Source of the DNA: Dehalococcoidia bacterium
GTDB taxonomy: Bacteria > Chloroflexota > Dehalococcoidia > DSTF01 > JACRBR01
Direction of reading: 5' to 3'
Length of the DNA stretch: 46,337 nucleotides
Assembly: GCA_041494685.1 (NCBI GenBank)
Contig: JBGQBE010000023.1
Span: 1 to 46,337, forward strand
Shown: piece after piece, positions 9,301 through 17,645 of the stretch
How the letters are laid out: every line of letters starts with the position of its first letter
Position numbering within the stretch: position 1 is the first letter of the stretch
Translations under genes and position numbers: made by a program
Notes under the pieces: generated by a model
Told to the model about the DNA's origin: nothing
Database searches by the model: none
Seen by the model: only the letters and a program-made list of their open reading frames with translations

Positions 9301-11238
9301 ATGGCAACCGCTATTCCGAGATCGCGACGTGTGACGATGGCCGATGCCCTGCGCCAGACGCGCGAGGACGCCGGTTCGTACAAGGGCATCTGGAGCTGGC
9401 TCGCGACGGTCGACCACAAGCGCATCGGCCTGATGTACGGGTTGACGGCGTTCTTCTTCTTCCTCGTGGGCGGACTCGAAGCGCTGCTGATCCGCGTGCA
9501 GCTTGCGCGGCCGGAACAGGACTTCCTGAGCCCGGACCAGTACAACCGGATCTTCACCATGCACGGCACGACGATGGTCTTCCTGGTCGTCATGCCGATG
9601 AGCGCGGCCTTCTTCAACCTGCTGCTGCCGTTGATGATCGGCGCGCGCGACGTGGCGTTCCCGCGGCTGAACGCGTTCAGCTTCTGGGTGTTCTTCCTGG
9701 GCGGCATCTTCCTGAACGTCAGCTTCTTCACGGGCGGCAACTTCCTGAAGGGCGACCTGGGCGCGCCCGACGGCGGCTGGTTCGGCTACGCGCCGCTGAC
9801 GCTGAACCGCTTCTCGCCGGACAACGGCATCGACTTCTGGATGATCGGCCTGAACGTGCTGGGGATCGCGTCGCTCGCCGGCGGTTTCAACTTCGTCGTG
9901 ACGATCCTGAACATGCGCGCGCCGGGCATGACGCTGTTCCGCATGCCGGTATTCGTGTGGATGTCGCTGGTCACGTCGCTGCTCATCGTCTTCGCGATGC
10001 CGGTCATCTCCGTGGCGCTCTTCGAGATCTCGTTCGACCGCCTGTTCGGCGCGAACTTCTTCAACGTGGCGAAGGGCGGCACGCCGCTGCTCTGGCAGCA
10101 TATGTTCTGGCTCTTTGGCCACCCGGAGGTGTACATCCTGATCCTCCCGGCGATGGGCATCGTGTCGGAGGTGTTGCCGACGTTCGCCCGGAAGCCGCTG
10201 TTCGGCTACCCGTTCGTGGTCTTCTCCGGCGTGGCGATCGGCTTCATGTCGTGGGGCGTGTGGGCGCACCACATGTACACGACGGGTCTCGGCTCCGTCG
10301 CCAACTCGGCGTTCGGTATCTCGACGATCATGATCGCGGTGCCGACGGGCGTGAAGATCTTCAACTGGATGGCCACGCTCTACGGCGGCTCGATCAGCTT
10401 CAAGACGCCGCTCTACTTCGCCGTCGGCTTCATCGCCATGTTCACGGTCGGCGGCCTTACGGGCGTGACGCACTCCATCGTGCCGTCCGACTACCAGCAG
10501 CAGGACACGTACTACGTCGTGGCGCACTTCCACCAGGTGCTGTTCGGCGGCGCGATCTTCGGCCTCTTCTCCGGCATCTACTTCTGGTTCCCGAAATTCA
10601 CGGGCCGCATGATGCACGAAGGCCTGGGCAAGCTGCATTTCTGGCTCATGCTGATCGGCTTCAACCTGACGTTCCAGCCGATGATGATCCTCGGCCTGAT
10701 GGGCATGCCGCGCCGCATCCAGACCTACCAGAACGACTACGGCTGGGGCTTCTGGAACATGATGGCGACGGTGGGCGCGTTCACCATCGGGGTCTCGTTG
10801 CTGGTGTTCATGTACAACGTCGTCAAGAGCCTCCGCAGCGGCGAGATCGCAGGGGACGATCCGTGGGACGGCCGTACGCTGGAGTGGACGATCCCGTCGC
10901 CGCCGCCGCCGTACAACTTCGCGGAGATCCCGCAGGTGCATTCGCTGGACGACTTCTGGCACCGCAAGTACACCGAGGACGCCGAGGGCAAGCCCGTGCC
11001 GATACCCGCGGCGGCCGCTGCGGCGGGGCACGACGCCGTCGAGGCCGGGCACGGCGACGGGCACGGCATCCACATGCCATCGCCGTCGTACTTCCCGCTG
11101 ATCGCCTCCCTGGGCTTCCCGTTCCTCGGCTTTGGCCTGATCTACCACATGGCGCTCTTGCCGGTGGGTTTGCTGTTGATTCTCGTGGGACTCTACGGCT
11201 GGGTGCTGGAGCCCGCGACCGAAGACCTCACCGCGTAA
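9301..11238 (+). CDS. ctaD: Cytochrome c oxidase subunit I, A1 type
   Basis: TVDHKRIG, FTMHGTTM, WLFGHPEVY, WAHHM, VVAHFH, GMPRR motifs; C-terminal extension with two extra TM helices. Confidence 0.97.
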   Translation: MATAIPRSRRVTMADALRQTREDAGSYKGIWSWLATVDHKRIGLMYGLTAFFFFLVGGLEALLIRVQLARPEQDFLSPDQYNRIFTMHGTTMVFLVVMPMSAAFFNLLLPLMIGARDVAFPRLNAFSFWVFFLGGIFLNVSFFTGGNFLKGDLGAPDGGWFGYAPLTLNRFSPDNGIDFWMIGLNVLGIASLAGGFNFVVTILNMRAPGMTLFRMPVFVWMSLVTSLLIVFAMPVISVALFEISFDRLFGANFFNVAKGGTPLLWQHMFWLFGHPEVYILILPAMGIVSEVLPTFARKPLFGYPFVVFSGVAIGFMSWGVWAHHMYTTGLGSVANSAFGISTIMIAVPTGVKIFNWMATLYGGSISFKTPLYFAVGFIAMFTVGGLTGVTHSIVPSDYQQQDTYYVVAHFHQVLFGGAIFGLFSGIYFWFPKFTGRMMHEGLGKLHFWLMLIGFNLTFQPMMILGLMGMPRRIQTYQNDYGWGFWNMMATVGAFTIGVSLLVFMYNVVKSLRSGEIAGDDPWDGRTLEWTIPSPPPPYNFAEIPQVHSLDDFWHRKYTEDAEGKPVPIPAAAAAAGHDAVEAGHGDGHGIHMPSPSYFPLIASLGFPFLGFGLIYHMALLPVGLLLILVGLYGWVLEPATEDLTA

Positions 11239-11250
11239 GGGAGAGAGACG

Positions 11251-11841
11251 TTGGCACACGCCGCTACGATCGCGCACCCCGAGACGAATACGGGACTGGA
11301 CAACCGGAAGCTGGCCATGTGGATCTTCCTGGGGTCCGATTGCCTGTTCTTCGGCGCGTTCATCGCCGCGTATCTGCTGTACCGGGACCGCAGCACCACG
11401 GGCCCGTACGCGAAGGACCTGTACAACATCCCGTTTACGTCCGTCAGTTCGTTCGTGCTGCTGGCGAGCAGTTTGAGCATGGTGCTGGCGCTGGCGGCGA
11501 TCCAGCGCGGCGACCTGCGCGCCATGCGCGTCTGGCTGATCTGCACGTCGTTCCTGGGCATGTTGTTCCTCAGCGGGCAAGTGTTCGAGTTCACGGAGTT
11601 CTACCGCGAGGGGCTGACGCCCCACACCAACCTGTTTGGCACCACGTTTCTCGTGCTGACCGGGTTCCACGGTGCGCACGTCACGGTGGGGGTGCTCATC
11701 CTGCTGTCGCTCTTCAGCATGTCCACACGTGGTAAGCTAAACGAGGGCGACGCGATTGCGGTGGAGCTGGCGGGCCTGTACTGGCACTTCGTGGACATCG
11801 TGTGGATTATCATCTTCACGCTGGTCTACCTGGTCCAGTAG
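11251..11841 (+). CDS. ctaE: Cytochrome c oxidase subunit III
   Basis: MWIFLGSD, TGFHGAHV, GLYWHFVDIVW motifs; TTG start after GGGAGAG. Confidence 0.95.
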   Translation: MAHAATIAHPETNTGLDNRKLAMWIFLGSDCLFFGAFIAAYLLYRDRSTTGPYAKDLYNIPFTSVSSFVLLASSLSMVLALAAIQRGDLRAMRVWLICTSFLGMLFLSGQVFEFTEFYREGLTPHTNLFGTTFLVLTGFHGAHVTVGVLILLSLFSMSTRGKLNEGDAIAVELAGLYWHFVDIVWIIIFTLVYLVQ

Positions 11842-11850
11842 GAGACACGG

Positions 11851-11970
11851 ATGAAGGCGTTCTTCGAAGATCCGGCTCTGCTGGTTGGTTGGCCGTTGCT
11901 GGTGGTGGGCATGACGGGCGCCTTCCTCGCGTTCAGCGCGTTCGTCGCGTCCTGGGCCAACCCGCAGTAA
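11851..11970 (+). CDS. 39-aa single-TM micro-protein paralogous to the N-terminus of the next gene
   Basis: Not in ORF track. AGGAG RBS; MKAFFEDPALLVGWPLLVVGMTGAFLAFSAFVASWANPQ*; 15 of the first 17 aa identical to ORF 11987. Confidence 0.7.
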   Translation: MKAFFEDPALLVGWPLLVVGMTGAFLAFSAFVASWANPQ

Positions 11971-11986
11971 AGGAAGAATCTGGCAC

Positions 11987-12397
11987 ATGAAGGCGTTCCT
12001 CGAAGATCCCGCCCTGCTCGTTGGTCTACCGTTGCTGCTTCTCGGCCTTTTGGGGCTGGGCATGGCGGGGCTGACGATGCTCGCGCCGCAGCCGAGCGGG
12101 GCCGCCGTCGTGCGGCATCGCGGGCACCCGGGTCCGGAGGAGTACGTGAGGGTCGGCCTCACACTGGGCGCGATCACGGCCGTGGAAGTCATCATCTACT
12201 ACTTCAACATTCCGCGGGCGCTCTTCGTCAGCATGCTGATGGCGCTCTCGCTCACGAAATTCATGATCGTCGTGATGTGGTTCATGCACCTGAAGTTCGA
12301 TAGCCGACTGCTCTCTACCGTATTCGCCACCGGCCTGCTGGCGGCGATGGCGGTGTTCACCGTGGTGCTGGTGACGCTCGGCGCCAACATCGTCTGA
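11987..12397 (+). CDS. ctaF: Cytochrome c oxidase subunit IV family protein with extra N-terminal TM helix
   Basis: HP...EY...L.AITAVEV and KF..VVMWFMHLKFD motifs of prokaryotic COX IV. Confidence 0.85.
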   Translation: MKAFLEDPALLVGLPLLLLGLLGLGMAGLTMLAPQPSGAAVVRHRGHPGPEEYVRVGLTLGAITAVEVIIYYFNIPRALFVSMLMALSLTKFMIVVMWFMHLKFDSRLLSTVFATGLLAAMAVFTVVLVTLGANIV

Positions 12398-12456
12398 GGC
12401 CGACCGGCAGGAGTCCCCGGGTGCGCCGCGGCACACGCGGCATGGGGTGACGTAGC

Positions 12457-13329
12457 ATGCTTCCGCTTCTCCACGTAGCGACCACCCCGTATAGCTTCCA
12501 TTGGAATCTGCACCCGGATGTGATCCTCCTGTGCATCGTGGTGCTGGTGGCGTATTTCTACGCCGTCACGCAGTTGCGCGAGACACTCTCCGACGGCGGG
12601 CAGGTGAAGCGCTCGCAGATGGCGCTGTTCTGCGGCGGCGTGTTCGCCATCTACGCCGTTTCCGGCACGCCGATCCACGAGCTGAGCGAGCAGTACCTCC
12701 TCAGCTTCCACATGTTCCAGCACTCGGTGTACGTCCTCATCGCCGCTCCGCTGTTGCTGGCGGGGATTCCAGGGTGGATCTTCCAGGCGGCCTTCCGCAT
12801 CCGGGGTGTGCTGCCCGTCGCGCGGGTGATCACCCATCCGATCGTGGGCATCCTGGGCTTCAACATGCTGCTGCTGGTGACCCATCTGCCGGCAGTCGTG
12901 GACTACGCCCTCTACCACCACTGGTTCCACTTCTGCGTCCACGCGGCACTCGTCTCGTCGGCGATGTGCATGTGGTGGCCGGTGCTCAGCACCGTTCCCG
13001 AACTGCCGCGCCTGCCGGCGCCGCTGCAGATGGGCTACCTGTTCATGCAGTCACTGCTGCCGGCCGTACTGGCGTCGTTCATCACGTTCGCCGACGGCGC
13101 GGTCTACTCGTTCTACGAGAAGGCGCCGCGCACGTGGGGGATGTCGGCGGAGACGGACCAGCAGCTCGGCGGCGGCCTGATGAAGGTCATGGGCAGCGTG
13201 ATCGTGTGGACGTGGATCACCGTGGTCTTCTTCCAGTGGTACAAGCACGACGAAGCGGCTACGAGCGATCCCGGCCGGGATCTTCCTTCCGGCGAGCTGG
13301 AGTCCATGGGGCTGTTGCCGCGGCCGTAG
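12457..13329 (+). CDS. ctaG: Cytochrome c oxidase assembly factor (caa3-type CtaG)
   Basis: YLLSFHMFQH..APLLLAG, MWWPV, DQQLGGGLMK motifs. Confidence 0.88.
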   Translation: MLPLLHVATTPYSFHWNLHPDVILLCIVVLVAYFYAVTQLRETLSDGGQVKRSQMALFCGGVFAIYAVSGTPIHELSEQYLLSFHMFQHSVYVLIAAPLLLAGIPGWIFQAAFRIRGVLPVARVITHPIVGILGFNMLLLVTHLPAVVDYALYHHWFHFCVHAALVSSAMCMWWPVLSTVPELPRLPAPLQMGYLFMQSLLPAVLASFITFADGAVYSFYEKAPRTWGMSAETDQQLGGGLMKVMGSVIVWTWITVVFFQWYKHDEAATSDPGRDLPSGELESMGLLPRP

Positions 13330-13492
13330 TGAGCTTGTCCGCGTGTCAGCCCGTCGGCGCGGTGACCGGCGAGTCCGTCGGGCCTGCGAGAGGCGCACGT
13401 GGCCGCGTCAGTGGGCGCGCGCAGCCACCCCTGATCGAGGGCGCCAGGCGTGCGCGCGCGCACTGTGACGCGGCGGGTTGCGGGGATGGAGT

Positions 13493-13541
13493 GACATAAC
13501 GAAGAAGGCCGCCCAAACCGGGCGGCCTTCTTCGTTATGTC
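13493..13541. terminator. Bidirectional terminator hairpin between convergent genes
   Basis: Perfect 22-bp inverted repeat GACATAACGAAGAAGGCCGCCC-AAACC-GGGCGGCCTTCTTCGTTATGTC. Confidence 0.8.
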
Positions 13542-13553
13542 GTCGGGGCGAAG

Positions 13554-14567
13554 CTACTGGACGACCAGCTTGCCGTTCATGTCCGACGTGTGGAAGTCGC
13601 AGCGGAAGCTGTACGTCCCGGCCGGCAGGCTGATGGTGAGCGTCGCCGTCGTGCCCGCGGCCACCTGCGCCGGCTTCGAGCAGGGGTCGCTGCCGGTCGT
13701 CGAGCAGAACGCAGCGTTGAACTTGCCGCTGGCGTCCGCGACGTGGACGTTGTGGATGGCCAGGCCGGTGTTCTTGATCTGGATCGTGGCGCCGGACTTG
13801 ATGGTCAGGGTCGTCAGGTCGGCTCCGGAGGCGTCGATGAACTTGTTGTCCTTCATGTCGATGACGGGCTCGCCGGGCGCTACCGGGGTGCCGCCGCCCG
13901 CCGGGGCGGTCGGTGCGGCTGCTTCGGGCGTCTTCACGGTGTGGTTGTTCTCGTCGTAGACGCCGGCCGCGGTGCCGCCGATGCCCAGCGCTATAGCGGA
14001 CACGAGCGCGACGCCGGCCCACTGCCAGCGCGGCACCGCGGGGTGCGTCGCGAAGTACCAGGAGACGAGGAGGATGCCGAAGGCGAGACAGGCGGCCATG
14101 ACGGTGGCCCATTCGCCGGGGAGGACGAGGTAGATACGGGAGACGCCGTAGATCACCAGCAGGGCGAAGGCCAGCACGCCGGTGGGCACGAACAGCGCCA
14201 GCGCCAGGCGGTTGTACACCTCGGCCGAGGCTTGCTGCCGGGGGGCGGTTTCGGCCTGCATGCGGTGGACCTCGACGGCCCCCGCCAGCAGGTCCTTGTG
14301 CTTGTTCAGGATGCCGGCGGCGTTCGGCTCGCGGGTGGAGTAGTCCGCCATGGCGTTGTTGTTCGCCCAGCGCGTCTCCACCACGACCAGCACGTCGCCC
14401 TCCGGGTTCGCGGACCGGGTGACCTGCATGCCCCGGGAACCGGGCACCGACGAGAGGAAGTCGCTGTGCGCATCCAGCTCCGCAAGGAGCCCGCCCGGCC
14501 GCGACGCCTCGTCGAACTTGGTCGCCGAGATTCGGGCCAGGACCGTCTGTACGTACTCCATGTTCAC
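13554..14567 (-). CDS. Membrane protein: N-terminal ABM-like domain, 3 TM helices, C-terminal type-1 cupredoxin
   Basis: C-terminal HNVH...GTYSFRCDFHTSDMNGKLVV gives His/Cys/His/Met ligands; N-terminal PGSRGMQVTRS..GDVLVVVETRW is ABM-like; three hydrophobic segments. Start GTG 14567 or ATG 14561. Confidence 0.75.
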   Translation of the reverse strand: MNMEYVQTVLARISATKFDEASRPGGLLAELDAHSDFLSSVPGSRGMQVTRSANPEGDVLVVVETRWANNNAMADYSTREPNAAGILNKHKDLLAGAVEVHRMQAETAPRQQASAEVYNRLALALFVPTGVLAFALLVIYGVSRIYLVLPGEWATVMAACLAFGILLVSWYFATHPAVPRWQWAGVALVSAIALGIGGTAAGVYDENNHTVKTPEAAAPTAPAGGGTPVAPGEPVIDMKDNKFIDASGADLTTLTIKSGATIQIKNTGLAIHNVHVADASGKFNAAFCSTTGSDPCSKPAQVAAGTTATLTISLPAGTYSFRCDFHTSDMNGKLVVQ

Positions 14568-14690
14568 CTGTCCTGCGTTTCGAATGTGCCGGTCTGTACT
14601 GGCGCGGCCCCGCTACCGGCAGGGCTCGGAGCCAACATATGCTATCCCGCCGTCGTGTTTAGCACTAGGGGGCGCTGGATTCGAAACGGC

Positions 14691-15683
14691 TCAGTTCGAA
14701 GGCGCCGCCGCCGCCGTGGGTGCGGCCTGCGACCCGCCTGCGGGAGGCACGATCGCCGCGCGCAAGGCAGCCTCCACTTCCGCAAGCGACATAACACCCT
14801 CGAACTTGGCGGCGACCTTGCCGGCGCTGTCGATCACGAACACCCACGGCTCGCTTTCGAGCGCCCACTCCCGCGTGGCGCGCACTGGCTCCTGCACGTT
14901 GGACTGGCGCAGCGGCCCCAGGTCGTACGGCTCGATGTGGATGAACGCGGCCTGCGCGGCGTACTTCGCGTACAGCGGATCCATCACCGTGTCCATCACG
15001 GGCGCGCACGTGCGCGAGCGGCAGAACGCCGGCGTGGCGAAGGCCAGCACGATGGGAAGGTGCGCCGCCAGGGCATCGGCCACGGTCAGCTGGTGCATCT
15101 GCGGCCGCGGCGGGTACGACGAGTCGATCTGCGTGATGTCGCCCACGTTCGCCAGCGTGATCTGCCGCGAAGGCGGCGCGGCGTCGCCGATCATCGGCTC
15201 CTGCGTGCGCTCGATCACGTTGAAGCGGAAGGGGATCGGCTTCTCCGCGCGGCCGTCTCGCGTGACGGTGATCTGTACGCCCCAGTCGCCGGTCGTGGCG
15301 AAGCGCGCGTGGGCGATGTAGGCGCCGCTCTCGCCCGCTTTCGATGTCTCCTTGTTCGACTGCTCGTCCACGTACGCCAGTTCCACGGGCACGTAGACGG
15401 CGTCCGCCTCGGAGCTGAATACGGGCTTCGGGCCGTTCAGGTCGTAGAAGCGAAGGTGCACGGCGGCGCCGAGCACCTGGTTGTCGTCCTTGTCGATGAT
15501 GCTGACGCTGATGCGGTTGTCGCCGAGCGCGAGGTGGGCGTTGTTGATCGTCGGGAAGATGTTGCCCTTGCCCAGCGTGATCACGGTCGGGAAGGAGACC
15601 GCATCGCCGCCGGAGCCGCCGCCGCACGCCGCGAGCAGCAGCCCCGCGCACGCCGCCGCGAGCGCGAGCCGGACGCGGGTCAT
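14691..15683 (-). CDS. Lipoprotein with thioredoxin-like C-terminal domain (CX4C)
   Basis: MTRVRLALAAACAGLLLAAC lipobox; FATPAFCRSRTCAP, FIHIEPY, W.LESEPWVFVID..GKV..KFEG; ATGA overlap with the permease stop. Confidence 0.75.
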   Translation of the reverse strand: MTRVRLALAAACAGLLLAACGGGSGGDAVSFPTVITLGKGNIFPTINNAHLALGDNRISVSIIDKDDNQVLGAAVHLRFYDLNGPKPVFSSEADAVYVPVELAYVDEQSNKETSKAGESGAYIAHARFATTGDWGVQITVTRDGRAEKPIPFRFNVIERTQEPMIGDAAPPSRQITLANVGDITQIDSSYPPRPQMHQLTVADALAAHLPIVLAFATPAFCRSRTCAPVMDTVMDPLYAKYAAQAAFIHIEPYDLGPLRQSNVQEPVRATREWALESEPWVFVIDSAGKVAAKFEGVMSLAEVEAALRAAIVPPAGGSQAAPTAAAAPSN

Positions 15684-16459
15684 CGGTCCGGGTTCACGCC
15701 GCGGCTCGTGCCGACGTAGAACACGCCGACGGCCAGCAGCGTCAGCACGGCGAAGTCGAGCGGCAGGCCGAAGTAGCCGTCGGAGCCATCGGCGTACAGC
15801 GCCAGGTGCATCATGTCGACGCCGTAGGAGAGCGGGTTGACGCGACCCAGCAGCTTCAGCCACTCGGGAAGGTCGTGCAGCGGGAAGAAGGCGCCGGAGA
15901 AGAAGAGGAACGGGAAGAGCACCAGGTTCATGACCAGGTGGAAGCCTTGCATCGAGCGGATGCGCGATGCAAGAAGCTGTCCCAGTCCCGACAGGAACAG
16001 GTTGAGCAGCACGATCGAGAACACGGTGAGCGCGACGCTCTGCGCGACGCCGTACTGCCACTGGAAGTGGATCGCGGGGATGGCCGCCGCGACCGCCAGC
16101 ACCAGGAGCGCCTGGGCGACGCCGATGACGACGGAGCTGAGCGTCTTGCCGAGCAGCACCACCCGCTGGGAGTGCGGGGACGCGAGGAACACCTTGAGGA
16201 TGCCCGAGTCGCGGTCCTGGTAGTACGAGGCGCTGGAGAACGTGGACGAGAACAGCGCGGTCATGACGATCATGCCGGGCGTCAGGAACGTCACGTAGTC
16301 GGTGATGTTCTTCGGGTCGAGCCCGTCGTTGACGCCGGTGCCCAGGATCGCCAGCAGCATCAGCGGGAACAGCACCGACGAGTAGAGCTGCGACCGCGAC
16401 CGGAAGAACGAGCGCAGGTCACGCGCCAGCAGCGCCGCGACGGCCTCGATCTGGCTCAT
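15680..16459 (-). CDS. ABC-2 type transporter permease
   Basis: FLTPGM, DRDSG.LK.FLASP, LLGK, FFSGAFFP, NPLSYGVD; ATGA overlap with the ATPase stop. Confidence 0.88.
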   Translation of the reverse strand: MSQIEAVAALLARDLRSFFRSRSQLYSSVLFPLMLLAILGTGVNDGLDPKNITDYVTFLTPGMIVMTALFSSTFSSASYYQDRDSGILKVFLASPHSQRVVLLGKTLSSVVIGVAQALLVLAVAAAIPAIHFQWQYGVAQSVALTVFSIVLLNLFLSGLGQLLASRIRSMQGFHLVMNLVLFPFLFFSGAFFPLHDLPEWLKLLGRVNPLSYGVDMMHLALYADGSDGYFGLPLDFAVLTLLAVGVFYVGTSRGVNPDR

Positions 16460-17490
16460 GCGCCCTCCTCCGGCTGTGCGTCGCCGTCGGCGCGCGGCGT
16501 GATGCCGTGGCCGACGAGTTGGAAGTACACGTCCTCGAGGGTCGATTCTTCGATCCGGACGCCCGAGACCCGGTCGCCGGAAGACTGGAAGAGGCGCGTG
16601 AGGAACGGGCTCGCTTCGTCGACCGTCACGTGCGTGGTGCTGCCGGCGACGCGGACGCCGCCGACGCCGGGCCACGACCGCATCGCGGCGGCCTCGGGCG
16701 CGGGGTCGCCCTTCCACTCGATGCGGACGGCGTCGCGACGCAGGTCGTGTTTCAGTTCGGCCGGCGTGCCCTGGGCGACCAGCCGGCCGCGGTCGAGCAG
16801 CGCCACGCTGCGGCAGTAGCGCTCGGCCTCGTAGACGTCGTTCGTCGCGAGGAGCAGCGTGCAGCCCTCGGCGTTGGCTTCCAGCAGATGCTGCCAGAGC
16901 CGCTGCCGGGAGTCGGGATCGAGCGCGAGCGTCGGCTCGTCGAGCAGGATGAGGTCCGGTTTCGTGACCAGCGCGCGGGCGAGTTCCAGCCGCCGCTTCA
17001 TGCCGCCGGAGAGCGTGGGCGTCATCGCGCCCGCGCGGTCCGCGAGTCCGACGCGCTCGAGGAGCATGTCGGTGCGGCGCCGGGCTTCCGCGCGCGGGAG
17101 CGAGAACAGCCGCGCCTGCAGCGCCATCGTCTCGCGGACGGTCATGTTCGAATCGAGCGACGGCTCCTGGAAGACGACGCCCAGGCGCGCCCGCAGCCGC
17201 GCCGAGAGCGGCGCCCCGAGCACCTGGACGCTGCCGGATGCCGGCTCGCGGCGGCCGATGAGCAGGCTGAGCAGTGTGCTCTTGCCGGAGCCGTTGGGCC
17301 CGAGCAGCCCGAAGACGGCGCCGGCGGGCACGTCCAGCGTCAGCGCATCGAGCGCGACACGGTCGCCGTAGCGGTACGTGACGTCGCGGACATCGACCGC
17401 GCTGGCGGCCATGCCGGCGCGCGCGGGCGAGGGGGCGTCGATGGGGGTGGAAACGTTCAAATTCAGCGGCTGAATCGCCGCGGCCAGCAT
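16456..17490 (-). CDS. ABC transporter ATP-binding protein (DrrA-like)
   Basis: GPNGSGKST, LSGGMKRR, LILLDEP; H-switch reads ATND rather than TTH. True start may be ATG 17412. Confidence 0.9.
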   Translation of the reverse strand: MLAAAIQPLNLNVSTPIDAPSPARAGMAASAVDVRDVTYRYGDRVALDALTLDVPAGAVFGLLGPNGSGKSTLLSLLIGRREPASGSVQVLGAPLSARLRARLGVVFQEPSLDSNMTVRETMALQARLFSLPRAEARRRTDMLLERVGLADRAGAMTPTLSGGMKRRLELARALVTKPDLILLDEPTLALDPDSRQRLWQHLLEANAEGCTLLLATNDVYEAERYCRSVALLDRGRLVAQGTPAELKHDLRRDAVRIEWKGDPAPEAAAMRSWPGVGGVRVAGSTTHVTVDEASPFLTRLFQSSGDRVSGVRIEESTLEDVYFQLVGHGITPRADGDAQPEEGA

Positions 17491-17645
17491 ACCAGCCGAC
17501 CGCCCGTCACGGTACGAGACGGCGATCGACGGGCGGGGGAGCCTCCCACCTGGCGGTTGATTCGCGGCGGCGCGGGAGTTAGTGTAGGGGAGACACTAAG
17601 TACCGGCGCGGCTCCTCGCCGCCGGTCCCAGCGAAAGGCGATGGC

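Noticed and set aside
8491..11679. 1062-aa minus-strand ORF and 835-aa alternate-frame ORF over ctaC/ctaD
   Set aside because: Shadow ORFs typical of high-GC DNA; Arg/Ala/His-rich with no motifs, fully overlapping well-supported genes.
13590..15719. 709-aa plus-strand ORF
   Set aside because: Antisense shadow of the cupredoxin fusion and lipoprotein genes.
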